This document shows, in pieces, positions 19,064-29,258 of a DNA stretch of 64,000 bases (position 1 is its first letter; each line of letters begins with the position of its first letter). The DNA is from Micrococcales bacterium (lineage in GTDB: Bacteria > Actinomycetota > Actinomycetes > Actinomycetales > CAWJMD01), in NCBI GenBank assembly GCA_002748415.1, contig PDSI01000147.1:13852-77851 (forward strand), written 5' to 3'. A program made the position numbers and the translations under genes. The notes under the pieces were generated by a model, which worked only from the letters and a program-made list of their open reading frames with translations, was not told where the DNA came from and did not search any database.

Positions 19064-19831
19064 ATGTCGATGACCAAGAGCAAGATGTGGACGGCTGGTG
19101 CCGCCCTGGTGTGTGTGTTGCTGCTGGTCGCCAGCTGGTTCCTGCTGATCGACCCGGTCCGGGCCGACGCGGCCCAGGTCCGCGAGCAGACCCAGACGCA
19201 GGAACGGGCCAATACGCAGCTGCGGGCCCGGATCGCCACGCTGGAGGAGCAGTTCAAGAACCTGCCCCGGCTCAAGCTGGAGCTGGATGCGGTGCGGGAG
19301 GCGATGCCGGCCGACGTCGCCGAGTCCAGCCTGCTCCGGGAGGTGCAGGGATTGGCCACCGGTACCGGAACGACGTTCATCAGCGTGACCGCGGGTGAGC
19401 CCGCCCCGCGCAACCTGCCGTCGGCGCCGGACGCCGCGGCCCAGGAGAAGCCGCAGGCCAAAGAGACCGAGGCCGGCCCAACGTCGGACACGGTGGTCTG
19501 GGAGGTGCCGGTGACCTTCGTCGCTACGTCCACCTTCCAGGGCAGCCAGGCTTTCCTGCAGAAGATGCAGGACCAGATGCCGCGCGCCCTGCTGGTCAAC
19601 GACCTCAGCATCGCCGCACGCGAGCCGGGCAAGGGCGGCAACGGCAAGCCCGCGGCGAGCAACGGGGATGTCGAAATGACCATCACCGGGCACGTCTTCG
19701 TGCTGCAGGCACCGGACTTCGACCTGGACGGCACCATCGGTGAGATGGACCAGCGGATCGTCGTCCCACCGGCCGATGCAGCCTCCGATGACGAGGACAG
19801 CGAACCCTTGCCCACCGAAGCGGCCAACTGA
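19064..19831 (+). CDS. pilO: Type IV pilus assembly protein PilO
   Basis: N-terminal TM (WFLLIDP), coiled coil, MPADVAESSLLREV; position after pilN. Confidence 0.85.
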   Translation: MSMTKSKMWTAGAALVCVLLLVASWFLLIDPVRADAAQVREQTQTQERANTQLRARIATLEEQFKNLPRLKLELDAVREAMPADVAESSLLREVQGLATGTGTTFISVTAGEPAPRNLPSAPDAAAQEKPQAKETEAGPTSDTVVWEVPVTFVATSTFQGSQAFLQKMQDQMPRALLVNDLSIAAREPGKGGNGKPAASNGDVEMTITGHVFVLQAPDFDLDGTIGEMDQRIVVPPADAASDDEDSEPLPTEAAN

Positions 19832-19850
19832 GCCGGGAAACGGAGAAACC

Positions 19851-20666
19851 ATGTCCACGAATCCGTTCGGTGGCCCGCAGGACGTCGCGGAGCCCGTCGA
19901 AGCGCTACCGGAGCAGCGTTCCGGTCCGAATCCGTTCCTGATCGCCGGCGTGGCCGGGGCCGCTGTGCTGGCCATCGGTGGCGGTGCGTTCCTGCTGATG
20001 CAGTCGGACGACGGTGACCACAAGGCCACGGAGTCGACCGCTGCCGCGCAGCCCGCCCCCGCCCCCCGGGCGGTGGACAAGCCCGCCACCGAGGTCGAGG
20101 AAGAAGAAATCGACGAGCCGACCGTGGTGCCGCAGTTCAGCCGCAACCCGTTCTTCGCCCTGGTCACCGCCTCGGCCGCCACCGGTGGCGGCGCGGCACC
20201 CGCCACCGGGCCGGTGCCCGGCACCGCGACCGCACCCACGACGAGCACCGCAACCCCCGGTACCGTCCCGTCCAAGGGCAAGGAAACCTACGTGCCCCGT
20301 ACCGGTTCCGGCGTCTCCACGACGACGACCACGGCCACCGGGCCGGCGGGCCCTGCTGGTCCGGCTGGTCCGGCCGGGGAGTCGCTGGTGTACATCTCGC
20401 TGGCCTACGACGGGCAGGCGACGGAGAGCGGCGTTCCGACCCCGGACACCTACGTGATGCGCGTCCAGGGCCTGCCGATTCAGGTCAAGGTCGGCGAGAC
20501 CCTGGGCAGCACCGAGCTGAAGCTGGAATCCGTTCGGGACAGCGACAAGTCGGCCGTCATCGCCTACCCGGGCGGCAAGAAGCGCATATACCTCGCGAAG
20601 AGCGCGCTGTTCTTCCTGGTGGACAAGGACACCATCATCGAGGACATGCGTCTGCACAAGAAGTAA
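19851..20666 (+). CDS. Bitopic protein in the PilP position with Thr/Pro-rich linker and (GPA)4 repeat
   Basis: GGAG RBS; single TM; RNPF motif; low-complexity linker; small beta-rich C-terminal domain (VKVGETLG). Confidence 0.7.
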   Translation: MSTNPFGGPQDVAEPVEALPEQRSGPNPFLIAGVAGAAVLAIGGGAFLLMQSDDGDHKATESTAAAQPAPAPRAVDKPATEVEEEEIDEPTVVPQFSRNPFFALVTASAATGGGAAPATGPVPGTATAPTTSTATPGTVPSKGKETYVPRTGSGVSTTTTTATGPAGPAGPAGPAGESLVYISLAYDGQATESGVPTPDTYVMRVQGLPIQVKVGETLGSTELKLESVRDSDKSAVIAYPGGKKRIYLAKSALFFLVDKDTIIEDMRLHKK

Positions 20667-20729
20667 CCCGGTGGGGTGACCTCGCCGCCGCGTTGCGGCC
20701 GCCGGTGTCCGCCGTGACATCATCGAGGC

Positions 20730-21938
20730 ATGCTGCGTTGGTTGACTGCGGGGGAATCTCACGGCCCGGCTCTGGTCGGCATCTTGGAGGGTCTGCCCGC
20801 CGGGGTCCCCATCACCACCGGCGAGATCTCCGCCGCCTTGGCCCGCCGCCGGCTCGGCTACGGGCGTGGTGCCCGGATGAAGTTCGAGGCCGACGAGGTC
20901 AGCATCCTCGGCGGGGTACGGCACGGGCTCACCCAGGGTGGCCCGGTCGCCGTACAGGTTGCCAATACCGAATGGCCCAAATGGCAGACGGTCATGGCCG
21001 CCGACCCGGTCGAGGCGCAGCTGCTGGCCGACCAGGCCCGCAACGCGCCGCTGACCCGGCCGCGGCCGGGCCACGCCGACCTGGCCGGGATGCAGAAATA
21101 CCACTTGGACGACGCCCGGCCGGTGCTGGAGCGGGCCAGCGCCCGGGAAACGGCCACCAGGGTGGCGTTGGCCGCCGTCGCCGAGGCGTTCCTGCGCGAA
21201 GCGGCCGGCATCCGGCTGGTTTCGCACACCACCAGGATCGGCCAGGTCGCGGTTCCCGGGCACGCACCGAAACCGGCACCGGAGGACACCGATGCGCTGG
21301 ACGCCGATCCGTTGCGTTGCCATCACGCCCCGACCTCGGCGGCCATGGTCGCCGAGGTCGACGCCTGCCATCAGGACGGTGACACCATCGGCGGCGTCGT
21401 CGAGGTGCTGGCCTACGGGTTACCTCCCGGGCTCGGCTCGTACGTGCACGCCGACCGGCGGCTGGACGCGCGGCTGGCCGGGGCGTTGATGGGTATCCAG
21501 GCCATCAAGGCGGTGCAGGTGGGGGACGGCTTCGCTGTAGCCACCCGTCGCGGGTCGGCCGCTCACGACCAGATCGAGCGTGGTCCCGACGGCACCGTGC
21601 GCCGCCGCACCGGGTACGCGGGCGGCATCGAAGGCGGCATGTCCACCGGCGAGGTCCTCGCGGTCAGCGCCGCCATGAAGCCCATCTCCACCGTGCCGAA
21701 GGCGCTGGACACCGTGGACGTGGCCACCGGGGCGGCGGCGGTGGCCATCAACCAGCGCTCCGACGTGTGCGCCGTGCCGGCCGTCGGCGTGGTCGCCCAG
21801 GCCATGACCGCACTGGTGCTGGCCGGCGCGGTGTTGGAGAAGTTCGGCGGCGACAGCCTCGGCGAGGTTTCCCGCAACGTCGCTAGTTACCTGGACGCCA
21901 TCACCGCGCACATGCGACCGGCCGGGCATCCGGCATGA
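20730..21938 (+). CDS. aroC: Chorismate synthase
   Basis: [35 protein letters not shown]. Confidence 0.98.
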   Translation: MLRWLTAGESHGPALVGILEGLPAGVPITTGEISAALARRRLGYGRGARMKFEADEVSILGGVRHGLTQGGPVAVQVANTEWPKWQTVMAADPVEAQLLADQARNAPLTRPRPGHADLAGMQKYHLDDARPVLERASARETATRVALAAVAEAFLREAAGIRLVSHTTRIGQVAVPGHAPKPAPEDTDALDADPLRCHHAPTSAAMVAEVDACHQDGDTIGGVVEVLAYGLPPGLGSYVHADRRLDARLAGALMGIQAIKAVQVGDGFAVATRRGSAAHDQIERGPDGTVRRRTGYAGGIEGGMSTGEVLAVSAAMKPISTVPKALDTVDVATGAAAVAINQRSDVCAVPAVGVVAQAMTALVLAGAVLEKFGGDSLGEVSRNVASYLDAITAHMRPAGHPA

Positions 21939-22531
21939 GCAGGCCGCTTGCGGGCGCCGGCGCATCGGGGCGAACCGGGCCGCGCAGCATCGTCCTCATC
22001 GGGCCGATGGGTTGCGGAAAAACCACCGTGGCAGGCATTCTCGGGCGGCTGACCGGGTTGCCGGTGATCGACACCGACGAGGTGGTCCAGCGGCGGACCG
22101 GGCGGACCATCGGCGATATCTTCATCGACGACGGCGAACCGGCGTTCCGCGCCATGGAGCGCGAAGCGGTGGCCGAGGCGCTGTCCGGCCCGGCCGCGGT
22201 GGTCGCGCTCGGCGGCGGTGCCGTGCTGGCGGATGCCACCCGGACCCAACTCGAGCAGCTGCGCGCCGGTGGGGGGCAGGTGGTGTTCCTGGACGTGGAC
22301 GCCAAGGCCGCCAGTTCACGCGTGGGGCTGGGGGCCGGCCGCCCGTTGCTGCTGGGCAACCCACGCGCCACCTGGCTGAAGCTGCTGGAGGAGCGCCGGC
22401 CGTTGTACGAACGGCTGGCCGGCGTCCACCAGCCCACCACCGATCTGACCCCGGATCAGGTGGCCGAGCGGATTCTGCACCGTGGTCCGAGCCGGCTTGA
22501 CCCGCATCGATCCGGCCAAGAGGACTCGTGA
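21935..22531 (+). CDS. aroK: Shikimate kinase
   Basis: [26 protein letters not shown]. Confidence 0.95.
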   Translation: MSRPLAGAGASGRTGPRSIVLIGPMGCGKTTVAGILGRLTGLPVIDTDEVVQRRTGRTIGDIFIDDGEPAFRAMEREAVAEALSGPAAVVALGGGAVLADATRTQLEQLRAGGGQVVFLDVDAKAASSRVGLGAGRPLLLGNPRATWLKLLEERRPLYERLAGVHQPTTDLTPDQVAERILHRGPSRLDPHRSGQEDS

Positions 22532-22545
22532 ACCAGGAGGACTCA

Positions 22546-23664
22546 ATGAACGCGGACACCACCGATACCCCGGACCGGCCGGGCGAGGCGGCCAGCGTGA
22601 CCGTCACCGGTGCGCACGGGTACCAGATCCACGTCGGCACCGAGATCCTGGACCGGGTGAGCGCCGCACTGGGCGACCAGACCCGCCAGGTGTTGCTGGT
22701 GCACGGCCCGCACACGCGCGAAACGGTGACCGCGGTGGCCCGCGAACTCGACCGTGCGGGGCTGCGGGTGGTCGATCACGCGTTGCCCGACGCCGAGCAG
22801 GCCAAGTCGCTGCCGGTGCTGGCCGAGGCGTGGCAGACGCTGGGCCGCCACGACTTCACCCGCTCCGATGCCGTGGTCTGCGTCGGCGGCGGCGCCGTGA
22901 CCGACGCCGGTGGGTTCATCGCCGCCACCTGGCTGCGCGGGGTCCAGGTGGTCCACGTACCCACCACTCTGCTGGGCATGGTCGACGCCGCCGTCGGCGG
23001 CAAGACCGGCATCAACACCGATGAGGGAAAGAACCTGGTGGGCGCGTTCCACCCGCCGGCCGCCGTGATCTGCGATCTGGACGGCCTGGCGGGCCTGCCG
23101 CGCCGCGACCTCGCTGCCGGCATGGCCGAGGTGGTCAAGGCCGGTTTCATCGCCGACCCGCAGATCCTGCGCCTGGTCCAGGACCACCCGCGGCAGTGGG
23201 CCGACGTGTCCTCGCCCGTGCTGGCCGCCCTGGTCCGCCGGGCCGTCCAGGTCAAGGCGGACGTGGTCAGCGCCGATCTGCGTGAGTCGTCGTTGCGGGA
23301 AATCCTCAACTACGGGCACACCTTCGGGCACGCGATCGAGCAGGTCGAAGGCTACCGGTGGCGGCACGGTGACGCGGTCAGTGTGGGTTTGGTGTACGCC
23401 GCCGAACTCGGCCGGCTGGCCGGGATAACCCCGGCGGAGCTGGTAGGGCTGCACCGTGACGTACTGGACGGGCTCGGCCTGCCCACCAGTTACCCCGACG
23501 ACCGGTGGTCCCGGTTGAGAGCTGCCATGGGCCGGGACAAGAAAGCCAGGGGCGCCACCGTACGTTTCGTCGTTCTGGCTGCCCTGGCGGAACCGACCAG
23601 ACTCACCGGGCCGGACGAGGCGTTGCTCCGGCAGGCAGCGAAACGGACCGCCGACGGGTCCTGA
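22546..23664 (+). CDS. aroB: 3-dehydroquinate synthase
   Basis: GGGAVTD, PTTLLGMVDAAVGGKTG, KNLVGAF, LNYGHTFGHAIE, HGDAV; GGAGG RBS before ATG 22546. Confidence 0.97.
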   Translation: MNADTTDTPDRPGEAASVTVTGAHGYQIHVGTEILDRVSAALGDQTRQVLLVHGPHTRETVTAVARELDRAGLRVVDHALPDAEQAKSLPVLAEAWQTLGRHDFTRSDAVVCVGGGAVTDAGGFIAATWLRGVQVVHVPTTLLGMVDAAVGGKTGINTDEGKNLVGAFHPPAAVICDLDGLAGLPRRDLAAGMAEVVKAGFIADPQILRLVQDHPRQWADVSSPVLAALVRRAVQVKADVVSADLRESSLREILNYGHTFGHAIEQVEGYRWRHGDAVSVGLVYAAELGRLAGITPAELVGLHRDVLDGLGLPTSYPDDRWSRLRAAMGRDKKARGATVRFVVLAALAEPTRLTGPDEALLRQAAKRTADGS

Positions 23665-23747
23665 CCACTAGGCCGAACGGGTGGATCCAGGTCGTTGGCG
23701 GGGGCAAATAGTTCAGTTTGTCCCGGCTGGTGGCGAATGATCCCGAT

Positions 23748-25793
23748 ATGCCAGATGTGGTGCCCAACCTGGCCGGCGACGGTGCGCGGTCTTCTCACCG
23801 CGACCCGGAGACGACAGTCGACCGCGGGGGCGCGCACACCGGGCGGGACCCAGGCGCCAACTGGCTGAGCGGGGACGACGACCCGACCGGTGGCTGGTTG
23901 CGCACCATGCTGTACGCGGCGGTGTTCGGGTGCGCGGTGCTGCTGGGACAGCTGACCCGGATCCCCGAGACCGAACTGCCGATGGTCTGTCCGGCCGCCG
24001 GGATCGCGGTGCTCTGGCTGCTGGGCTCCGTGCACCGGCCGCGCAGAATGGTGGTCGACGCGCTGGCCGTGCTCGCCACCGTCGCCGTCCTCACCGTGCT
24101 GACCGACACCAGTTGGGGTCCTTCGCTGGTCTACGGAGTCGCCAACGCCGTGCAGGCGGGACTGCTGGCCTGGCTCATCGGGCGCCGGGCGTATCCGCGG
24201 CTGCGTCAGCCCCGGCAGCTGGGTCTGCTGGTGATCAGCGCCCTGCTGGCCTGCGCGGCCGGGGTGCTGGTCTTCACGCCGGGACTGCTGTGGGCCAACA
24301 GCCAGGACGACCTGGCCCTGGTTCCCGCGGATGTGGGACTTACGGTGGCCGCGATGTTCATCCGCAACGTGGGCGCCTGCGTGCTCATCGTCGCCGCCGG
24401 GCTGCGGCTGTTCGACCCCGAAGCCGGGCTGGACGTGCTGCGCGACATGCGCCGCACCGAGACGGCCTGGGTTCTAGCCGGCATGTCGGTGACCTTCTTC
24501 CTCGTCTTCGGCCTGTACGACCAGGTGCCGACCGCCTACTTGATGTTCCCGGTTCTGGTGTGGATGGGCGCCACTGTGTCCACCACCGGCACCGCCGTGC
24601 TGCTGTGCCTGATCACCGCGCTGCTCACCGGGCTGACCGGCCGGCACACCGGGCCCACGGCCGGGCTCTCGGGCGCGGGTCAGACGATCGACACCCAAGC
24701 CTGGTCGACCGCCGCGGCCGTGGTGGCGCTCGGCGTCGCGTTGTTGCGCGACGACCGCCACCGCGCAACCGCCCGGGCGAGCAGGCTGGCCGAGCGGGTC
24801 GCGGCCAGCGAGTCCGAACGCTGCAGGACTCGTGCTGCCATCCGCCGGCTGGCCGACGAGATACCGCTCGGCGTGCTGATCCTCGGCCGCGACGACAGCG
24901 CCAAGGTGGTGGCCGCCAACGCCTACCTGCGGGACCGGCTGGCGACGAACAGCCAGGATCTTGCCGGCTCGCCGTTGTGGCCGCTGGTCCACCCGGAGGA
25001 CACGGCGGCGCTGCGGGCCTTGCTGAGTGCGGCCCGGCGCGGCGAGCAGACACCGCCGGTGCAGGTTCGCTGGCACACCCGGACCCCCGGCATGCTGGTC
25101 GGAGTGTGCCGGGTGCCGCCCGCCACTGCCGACGACGAGCGGGAATACCTCGTCCTCACGATCGAGGACGTCACCGGCGTCCGGGAGTTGGAACGAGTCC
25201 TGCACGACAGCCGGACCCATGACACGCTCACCAGGGCGGTCAACGACCGGGCGTGCATCGAGCATCTCGATCGGGCGCTGCAGGCCACCGGCGAGACCGG
25301 GATGCCGGTGGGGGTGGTATCCATCGACCTGGACGGTTTCCGTTCGGTGAACGCACGATTCGGCGAGACGGCCGCCGACAGCATTCTCACCACCGTCTGC
25401 GACCGGTTGGTCGCCCTGTTGCGTCCCGGGGACGTGGTGGCCCGCATCCGTGGCGACGAGTTCGCCGTCATCTGCCCGCGGACCACCCGGCGCGGGCTGC
25501 AGGTCGTGGTCACCCAGGTGGCGGAGGAGATCTCCCGCCCGATCCACCTGGAGCACGGCACGGTGCGGGTCCGGGCCAGCCTGGGTTCGGTGACCTCGGC
25601 CGAACCGGCGGTCTCGCCCCGGCAGGTGCTGCGGTCGGCGCAGCAGCAGATGTACGCCGCCAAGCGGGCCGCCTGCGCGGAAGACGCGACCACCCAGAAT
25701 GTGCCCGGCGGGCCGTCCGCCCCGGGCTCGATCACGCTGCCCGGACCCTCGGTCCTGCCGGAGCGGGGTGCTGGTGGATCCCGGGGCGGGTGA
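23748..25793 (+). CDS. Membrane MASE1-PAS-GGDEF protein with degenerate active site (RGDEF)
   Basis: Multi-TM N-terminus (PAAGIAV), PAS-like segment (LVHPED), GGDEF fold (IDLDGFRSVN...RPGDVVARIRGDEF...MYAAK); start uncertain (23718 or 23748). Confidence 0.85.
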   Translation: MPDVVPNLAGDGARSSHRDPETTVDRGGAHTGRDPGANWLSGDDDPTGGWLRTMLYAAVFGCAVLLGQLTRIPETELPMVCPAAGIAVLWLLGSVHRPRRMVVDALAVLATVAVLTVLTDTSWGPSLVYGVANAVQAGLLAWLIGRRAYPRLRQPRQLGLLVISALLACAAGVLVFTPGLLWANSQDDLALVPADVGLTVAAMFIRNVGACVLIVAAGLRLFDPEAGLDVLRDMRRTETAWVLAGMSVTFFLVFGLYDQVPTAYLMFPVLVWMGATVSTTGTAVLLCLITALLTGLTGRHTGPTAGLSGAGQTIDTQAWSTAAAVVALGVALLRDDRHRATARASRLAERVAASESERCRTRAAIRRLADEIPLGVLILGRDDSAKVVAANAYLRDRLATNSQDLAGSPLWPLVHPEDTAALRALLSAARRGEQTPPVQVRWHTRTPGMLVGVCRVPPATADDEREYLVLTIEDVTGVRELERVLHDSRTHDTLTRAVNDRACIEHLDRALQATGETGMPVGVVSIDLDGFRSVNARFGETAADSILTTVCDRLVALLRPGDVVARIRGDEFAVICPRTTRRGLQVVVTQVAEEISRPIHLEHGTVRVRASLGSVTSAEPAVSPRQVLRSAQQQMYAAKRAACAEDATTQNVPGGPSAPGSITLPGPSVLPERGAGGSRGG

Positions 25794-25864
25794 GATGAAC
25801 CCGCAGGCGGGCGGGGAGCGGCTAGACTGCTGCGGCCAGTAACCCGATACGGAAGACGCAGCCT

Positions 25865-26428
25865 GTGGCCTCGACCAATGACCTGAAGAACGGAATGGTG
25901 CTCGTGCTGGACGGCCAGTTGTGGTCCGTCGTGGAGTTCCAGCACGTCAAGCCCGGCAAGGGCGGAGCCTTCGTTCGCACCAAACTGAAGAACGTCCTGT
26001 CCGGCAAGGTGGTCGACAAGACCTTCAACGCCGGCACCAAGGTGGACACCGCCACCGTGGACCGGCGCGACATGACCTACCTGTACCGCGACGGCACCGA
26101 CTTCGTGTTCATGGACACCAGTACCTACGAGCAGATCCACATCGGCGAACGGATCATCGGCGAATCGGCCAACTATCTGCTGGAGAACCAGGGCGTCGTC
26201 GTCGCGATGCACGAGGGCACCCCGCTGTACGCCGACCTGCCGGCCGCGGTGGTGCTGCAGATCTCCTACACCGAACCGGGCCTGCAGGGCGACCGGTCAA
26301 GCGGTGGCACCAAGCCGGCCACGCTGGAAACCGGTGCCCAGATCCAGGTTCCGTTGTTCCTGGAGACCGGGACCAAGGTGAAGGTCGACACCCGCACCGG
26401 GGACTACCTCGGCCGAGTCAACGAGTGA
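25865..26428 (+). CDS. efp: Translation elongation factor P
   Basis: [35 protein letters not shown]. Confidence 0.98.
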   Translation: MASTNDLKNGMVLVLDGQLWSVVEFQHVKPGKGGAFVRTKLKNVLSGKVVDKTFNAGTKVDTATVDRRDMTYLYRDGTDFVFMDTSTYEQIHIGERIIGESANYLLENQGVVVAMHEGTPLYADLPAAVVLQISYTEPGLQGDRSSGGTKPATLETGAQIQVPLFLETGTKVKVDTRTGDYLGRVNE

Positions 26429-26447
26429 TCCGGACCCGGCCGGGTGC

Positions 26448-26864
26448 ATGATGAGTGCGCGGCGCAAGGCCCGCAAGCGAGCCCTCGACCTGTTGTTCGA
26501 GGCCGAGCAGCGTGACCTGGACGTGCTGGAACTGGTGCGGCAGCGGTTGCCGGACGCGCAGCCGCCCATCCCGGCCTACTGTGTGACCCTGGTCGAAGGT
26601 GTGGCCGAGCATCGCGAGCACATCGACGAGTTGCTGTCCGCCTACGCGGCTGGTTGGACGCTGGCGCGGATGCCTGCCGTGGACCGGGCGTTGCTGCGGA
26701 TCGGCAGCTACGAGATCTTGTGGGCACCCGACGTGCCGGACGCGGTGGCCATCGACGAGGCGGTGGCGTTGGCCACCAGCCTGTCCACCGATGACTCACC
26801 GGGCTTCATCAACGGGCTGCTGGCCCGGATCCTGTCGATCAAGCCGCAGGTGCTGGGCACCTAG
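26448..26864 (+). CDS. nusB: Transcription antitermination factor NusB
   Basis: ARRKARKRAL, RMPAVDR, AIDEAV, FINGLL. Confidence 0.96.
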   Translation: MMSARRKARKRALDLLFEAEQRDLDVLELVRQRLPDAQPPIPAYCVTLVEGVAEHREHIDELLSAYAAGWTLARMPAVDRALLRIGSYEILWAPDVPDAVAIDEAVALATSLSTDDSPGFINGLLARILSIKPQVLGT

Positions 26865-26889
26865 GACCCGATCGACAGGCTGCTCGCGG

Positions 26890-27393
26890 CTACAGTTCAG
26901 CCGACGCGCGCACGGCGCGGCGCGCCTCCGGGTCCAGTACGCCCCAGCGGATGAGTTCCTCGGCCAGCTGGGTCGGGGGCATGTCGTAGATGACGGCCAG
27001 GGTGCGCATGTCCTCGGCCCGGATCGACAGCACTCGCCCGTTGTAGTCGTTGCGCTGCTCCTGGATCGTGGCCACGTAGCGGGCCAGTGGCCCGGCCCGC
27101 TCGGCCGGCACCTGGGACAGCTGCTCGAGGTCGAGAACCAGGCGGGGTGGGGGAGCGCTGCTGCCGGATGCGACGGCGTCGGGGAGCAACGCCTGGACCG
27201 GCACGCCGTAGAAGTCGGCCAGTTCAGCCAGCCTCTGCACCGTGACGGCGCGATCGCCGCGTTCGTAGGAGCCGACGACGACCGCCTTCCATCGCCCGTC
27301 GGACTTCTGCTCGACTCCTTGCAGGGACAGGCCCTGCTGTGTGCGGATGGAGCGCAGCCGCGACCCGAGGGCCTTGGCGTAGTCGGTGGACAT
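26890..27393 (-). CDS. bldD: BldD developmental master regulator (XRE HTH plus c-di-GMP-binding domain)
   Basis: YAKALGSRLRSIRTQQGLSL, WKAVVVGSYERGDRAVTVQRLAELADFYGVP; RxD-X8-RxxD motif RND-YNGRVLSI-RAED; nusB-bldD-pyrR order. Confidence 0.96.
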   Translation of the reverse strand: MSTDYAKALGSRLRSIRTQQGLSLQGVEQKSDGRWKAVVVGSYERGDRAVTVQRLAELADFYGVPVQALLPDAVASGSSAPPPRLVLDLEQLSQVPAERAGPLARYVATIQEQRNDYNGRVLSIRAEDMRTLAVIYDMPPTQLAEELIRWGVLDPEARRAVRASAEL

Positions 27394-27422
27394 GTATGCC
27401 TCTCATGTTGTCTGAGCACGCG

Positions 27423-27494
27423 ATCACTCTGCGGTGAACCATACCGAGTGGGAACTCCGAAACCACTCTACGAGGTAGCGTCACGCAGAGTCAT
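27423..27494. promoter_or_regulatory. Putative BldD autoregulatory boxes
   Basis: GTCACGCAGAGTCAT (27480-27494) is one mismatch from NTCACNCNNNGTGAN; related ATCACTCTGCGGTGA (27423) and ACCACTCTACGAGG (27462). Confidence 0.55.
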
Positions 27495-27665
27495 TTGTTG
27501 GTCAAGAGTCTCGGCAAGATTCGCCGGAAATATTCGTGATGACTCGTTGGTCTCCCGAAACGGAGTAACGCTATGAAGGGACAAGCATCGATGCGGGCGA
27601 ATTGAACAAGTCGGTCAGGATTTATACGGATCGTAATCGGACGGGTACTGCTAGAGTGTGGTTGT

Positions 27666-27700
27666 TCCTTTAACGGCCGTCCCGTGAGACGGGCAAGGAG
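27666..27700 (+). ncRNA. PyrR-binding leader element
   Basis: TCCTTTAA...CCGTC-CCGTGA-GACGG hairpin resembling the PyrR loop consensus; TCCTT can pair with the AAGGA RBS of pyrR. Confidence 0.8.
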
Positions 27701-27704
27701 ATGT

Positions 27705-28280
27705 GTGGTGGCCAGCACTGCTGCGGTGTTGTCGGCGGCGGAGATGTCCCGCGCCCTGACGCGCATCGCCCATGAGATCCTCGAACGCAACAAGGGCCCG
27801 GCGGACGTCGTCCTGCTCGGCATACCCCGCCGCGGCGTCCCGCTGGCCCACCGGTTGGCCGAGCGAGTGGCATCCGCCGAGTCCGGTGCGGATGTGCCGG
27901 CCGGGTCCCTGGACGTGACGATGTACCGCGACGACCTGCGCCGGCAACCGCCGCGGGGCCTGGAAAGCACGGTGCTACCCGCCGCCGGCATCGACGACAA
28001 GGTGGTCGTCCTCGTCGACGATGTGCTCTACTCCGGCCGTACCGTGCGGGCCGCCCTGGACGCGCTCAGCGACCACGGCCGTCCCCGCAGCGTCCAGCTG
28101 GCCGTGCTCGTCGACCGCGGCCACCGCGAATTGCCGATCCGGGCCGACTTCGTCGGCAAGAACCTGCCGACCGCGCACCGGGAGACCGTGCGGGTGCTGT
28201 TGACCGAACTCGACGACCGGGACGAGGTGCGGATCGAGGACCCGCCGGAACCGGCGGGTGGCGGCGGAGCGGACCGATGA
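27705..28280 (+). CDS. pyrR: Pyrimidine operon regulator / uracil phosphoribosyltransferase
   Basis: [49 protein letters not shown]. Confidence 0.97.
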   Translation: MVASTAAVLSAAEMSRALTRIAHEILERNKGPADVVLLGIPRRGVPLAHRLAERVASAESGADVPAGSLDVTMYRDDLRRQPPRGLESTVLPAAGIDDKVVVLVDDVLYSGRTVRAALDALSDHGRPRSVQLAVLVDRGHRELPIRADFVGKNLPTAHRETVRVLLTELDDRDEVRIEDPPEPAGGGGADR

Positions 28281-29242
28281 AGCACCTGCTGTCCACCGGC
28301 GATCTCAGCCACCAGGAGGCGGTGCGCATCCTCGACACCGCGGAACACATGACCGGTACCCAGCGCCGGCAGATCAAGAAACTGCCCACCCTGCGCGGCA
28401 TGACCGTGGTCAACCTGTTCTTCGAAGACTCCACCCGAACCCGCATCTCGTTCGAGGCGGCCGCAAAACGCCTGTCCGCGGACGTCATCAACTTTTCCGC
28501 CAGGGGATCCAGCGTATCCAAGGGCGAGAGCCTGAAGGACACCGCACTGACACTGCAGGCCATGGGAGCGGACGCGGTGGTCATCCGGCACTCGGCCAGC
28601 GGCGCCCCGCACCGGTTGGCCAACTCCGCGTGGTCCGGCGGCAGCGTGCTCAATGCCGGCGACGGCGCCCATGAGCACCCCACCCAGGCGCTGCTGGACG
28701 CCTACACCATGCGCAAGCACCTGGTGGCCGAGCCGGACGGTGCGGACCTGGCCGGCCTGCGGGTGGCCATCGTCGGCGACGTGCTGCACTCGCGGGTGGC
28801 CAGGTCCAACGTGCTGCTGCTGACGACGCTCGGCGCGCAGGTCACGCTGGTGGCCCCGCCGACGCTGCTCCCGGTCGGGGTGCACACCTGGCCCGCGGCG
28901 GTCAGCTACCACCTGGACGAGGCCATCGGCGACGTCGACGCGATCATGATGCTGCGCGTGCAGCGGGAACGGATGACCAGCGCCGGCGGCGGGTTCTTCC
29001 CCTCCCCGCACGAGTATTCGCTGCGCTACGGACTGGACGCCCGGCGGCTGGCCATGCTGCCGGAGCACGCGATCGTCATGCATCCGGGGCCGATGAACCG
29101 CGGCCTGGAGATCACCGCCCAAGCTGCCGACTGCGAACGGTCCACCGTCGTCGAGCAGGTCTCCAACGGTGTCGCCGTCCGGATGGCGGTGCTGTACCTG
29201 CTGCTGGCCGCCGACACCGCCGGCCCGACGGACAACACGTGA
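28277..29242 (+). CDS. pyrB: Aspartate carbamoyltransferase
   Basis: [27 protein letters not shown]. Confidence 0.98.
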   Translation: MKHLLSTGDLSHQEAVRILDTAEHMTGTQRRQIKKLPTLRGMTVVNLFFEDSTRTRISFEAAAKRLSADVINFSARGSSVSKGESLKDTALTLQAMGADAVVIRHSASGAPHRLANSAWSGGSVLNAGDGAHEHPTQALLDAYTMRKHLVAEPDGADLAGLRVAIVGDVLHSRVARSNVLLLTTLGAQVTLVAPPTLLPVGVHTWPAAVSYHLDEAIGDVDAIMMLRVQRERMTSAGGGFFPSPHEYSLRYGLDARRLAMLPEHAIVMHPGPMNRGLEITAQAADCERSTVVEQVSNGVAVRMAVLYLLLAADTAGPTDNT

Positions 29243-29258
29243 ACCACAAGGAGAGCCC

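Noticed and set aside
17279-20730. No pilQ secretin after pilMNO
   Set aside because: Expected for a monoderm without an outer membrane
23712-23749. Sigma-28-like motif TTCA-N16-GGCGAATG upstream of the degenerate GGDEF gene
   Set aside because: Mismatches in both boxes; cannot be distinguished from chance by eye
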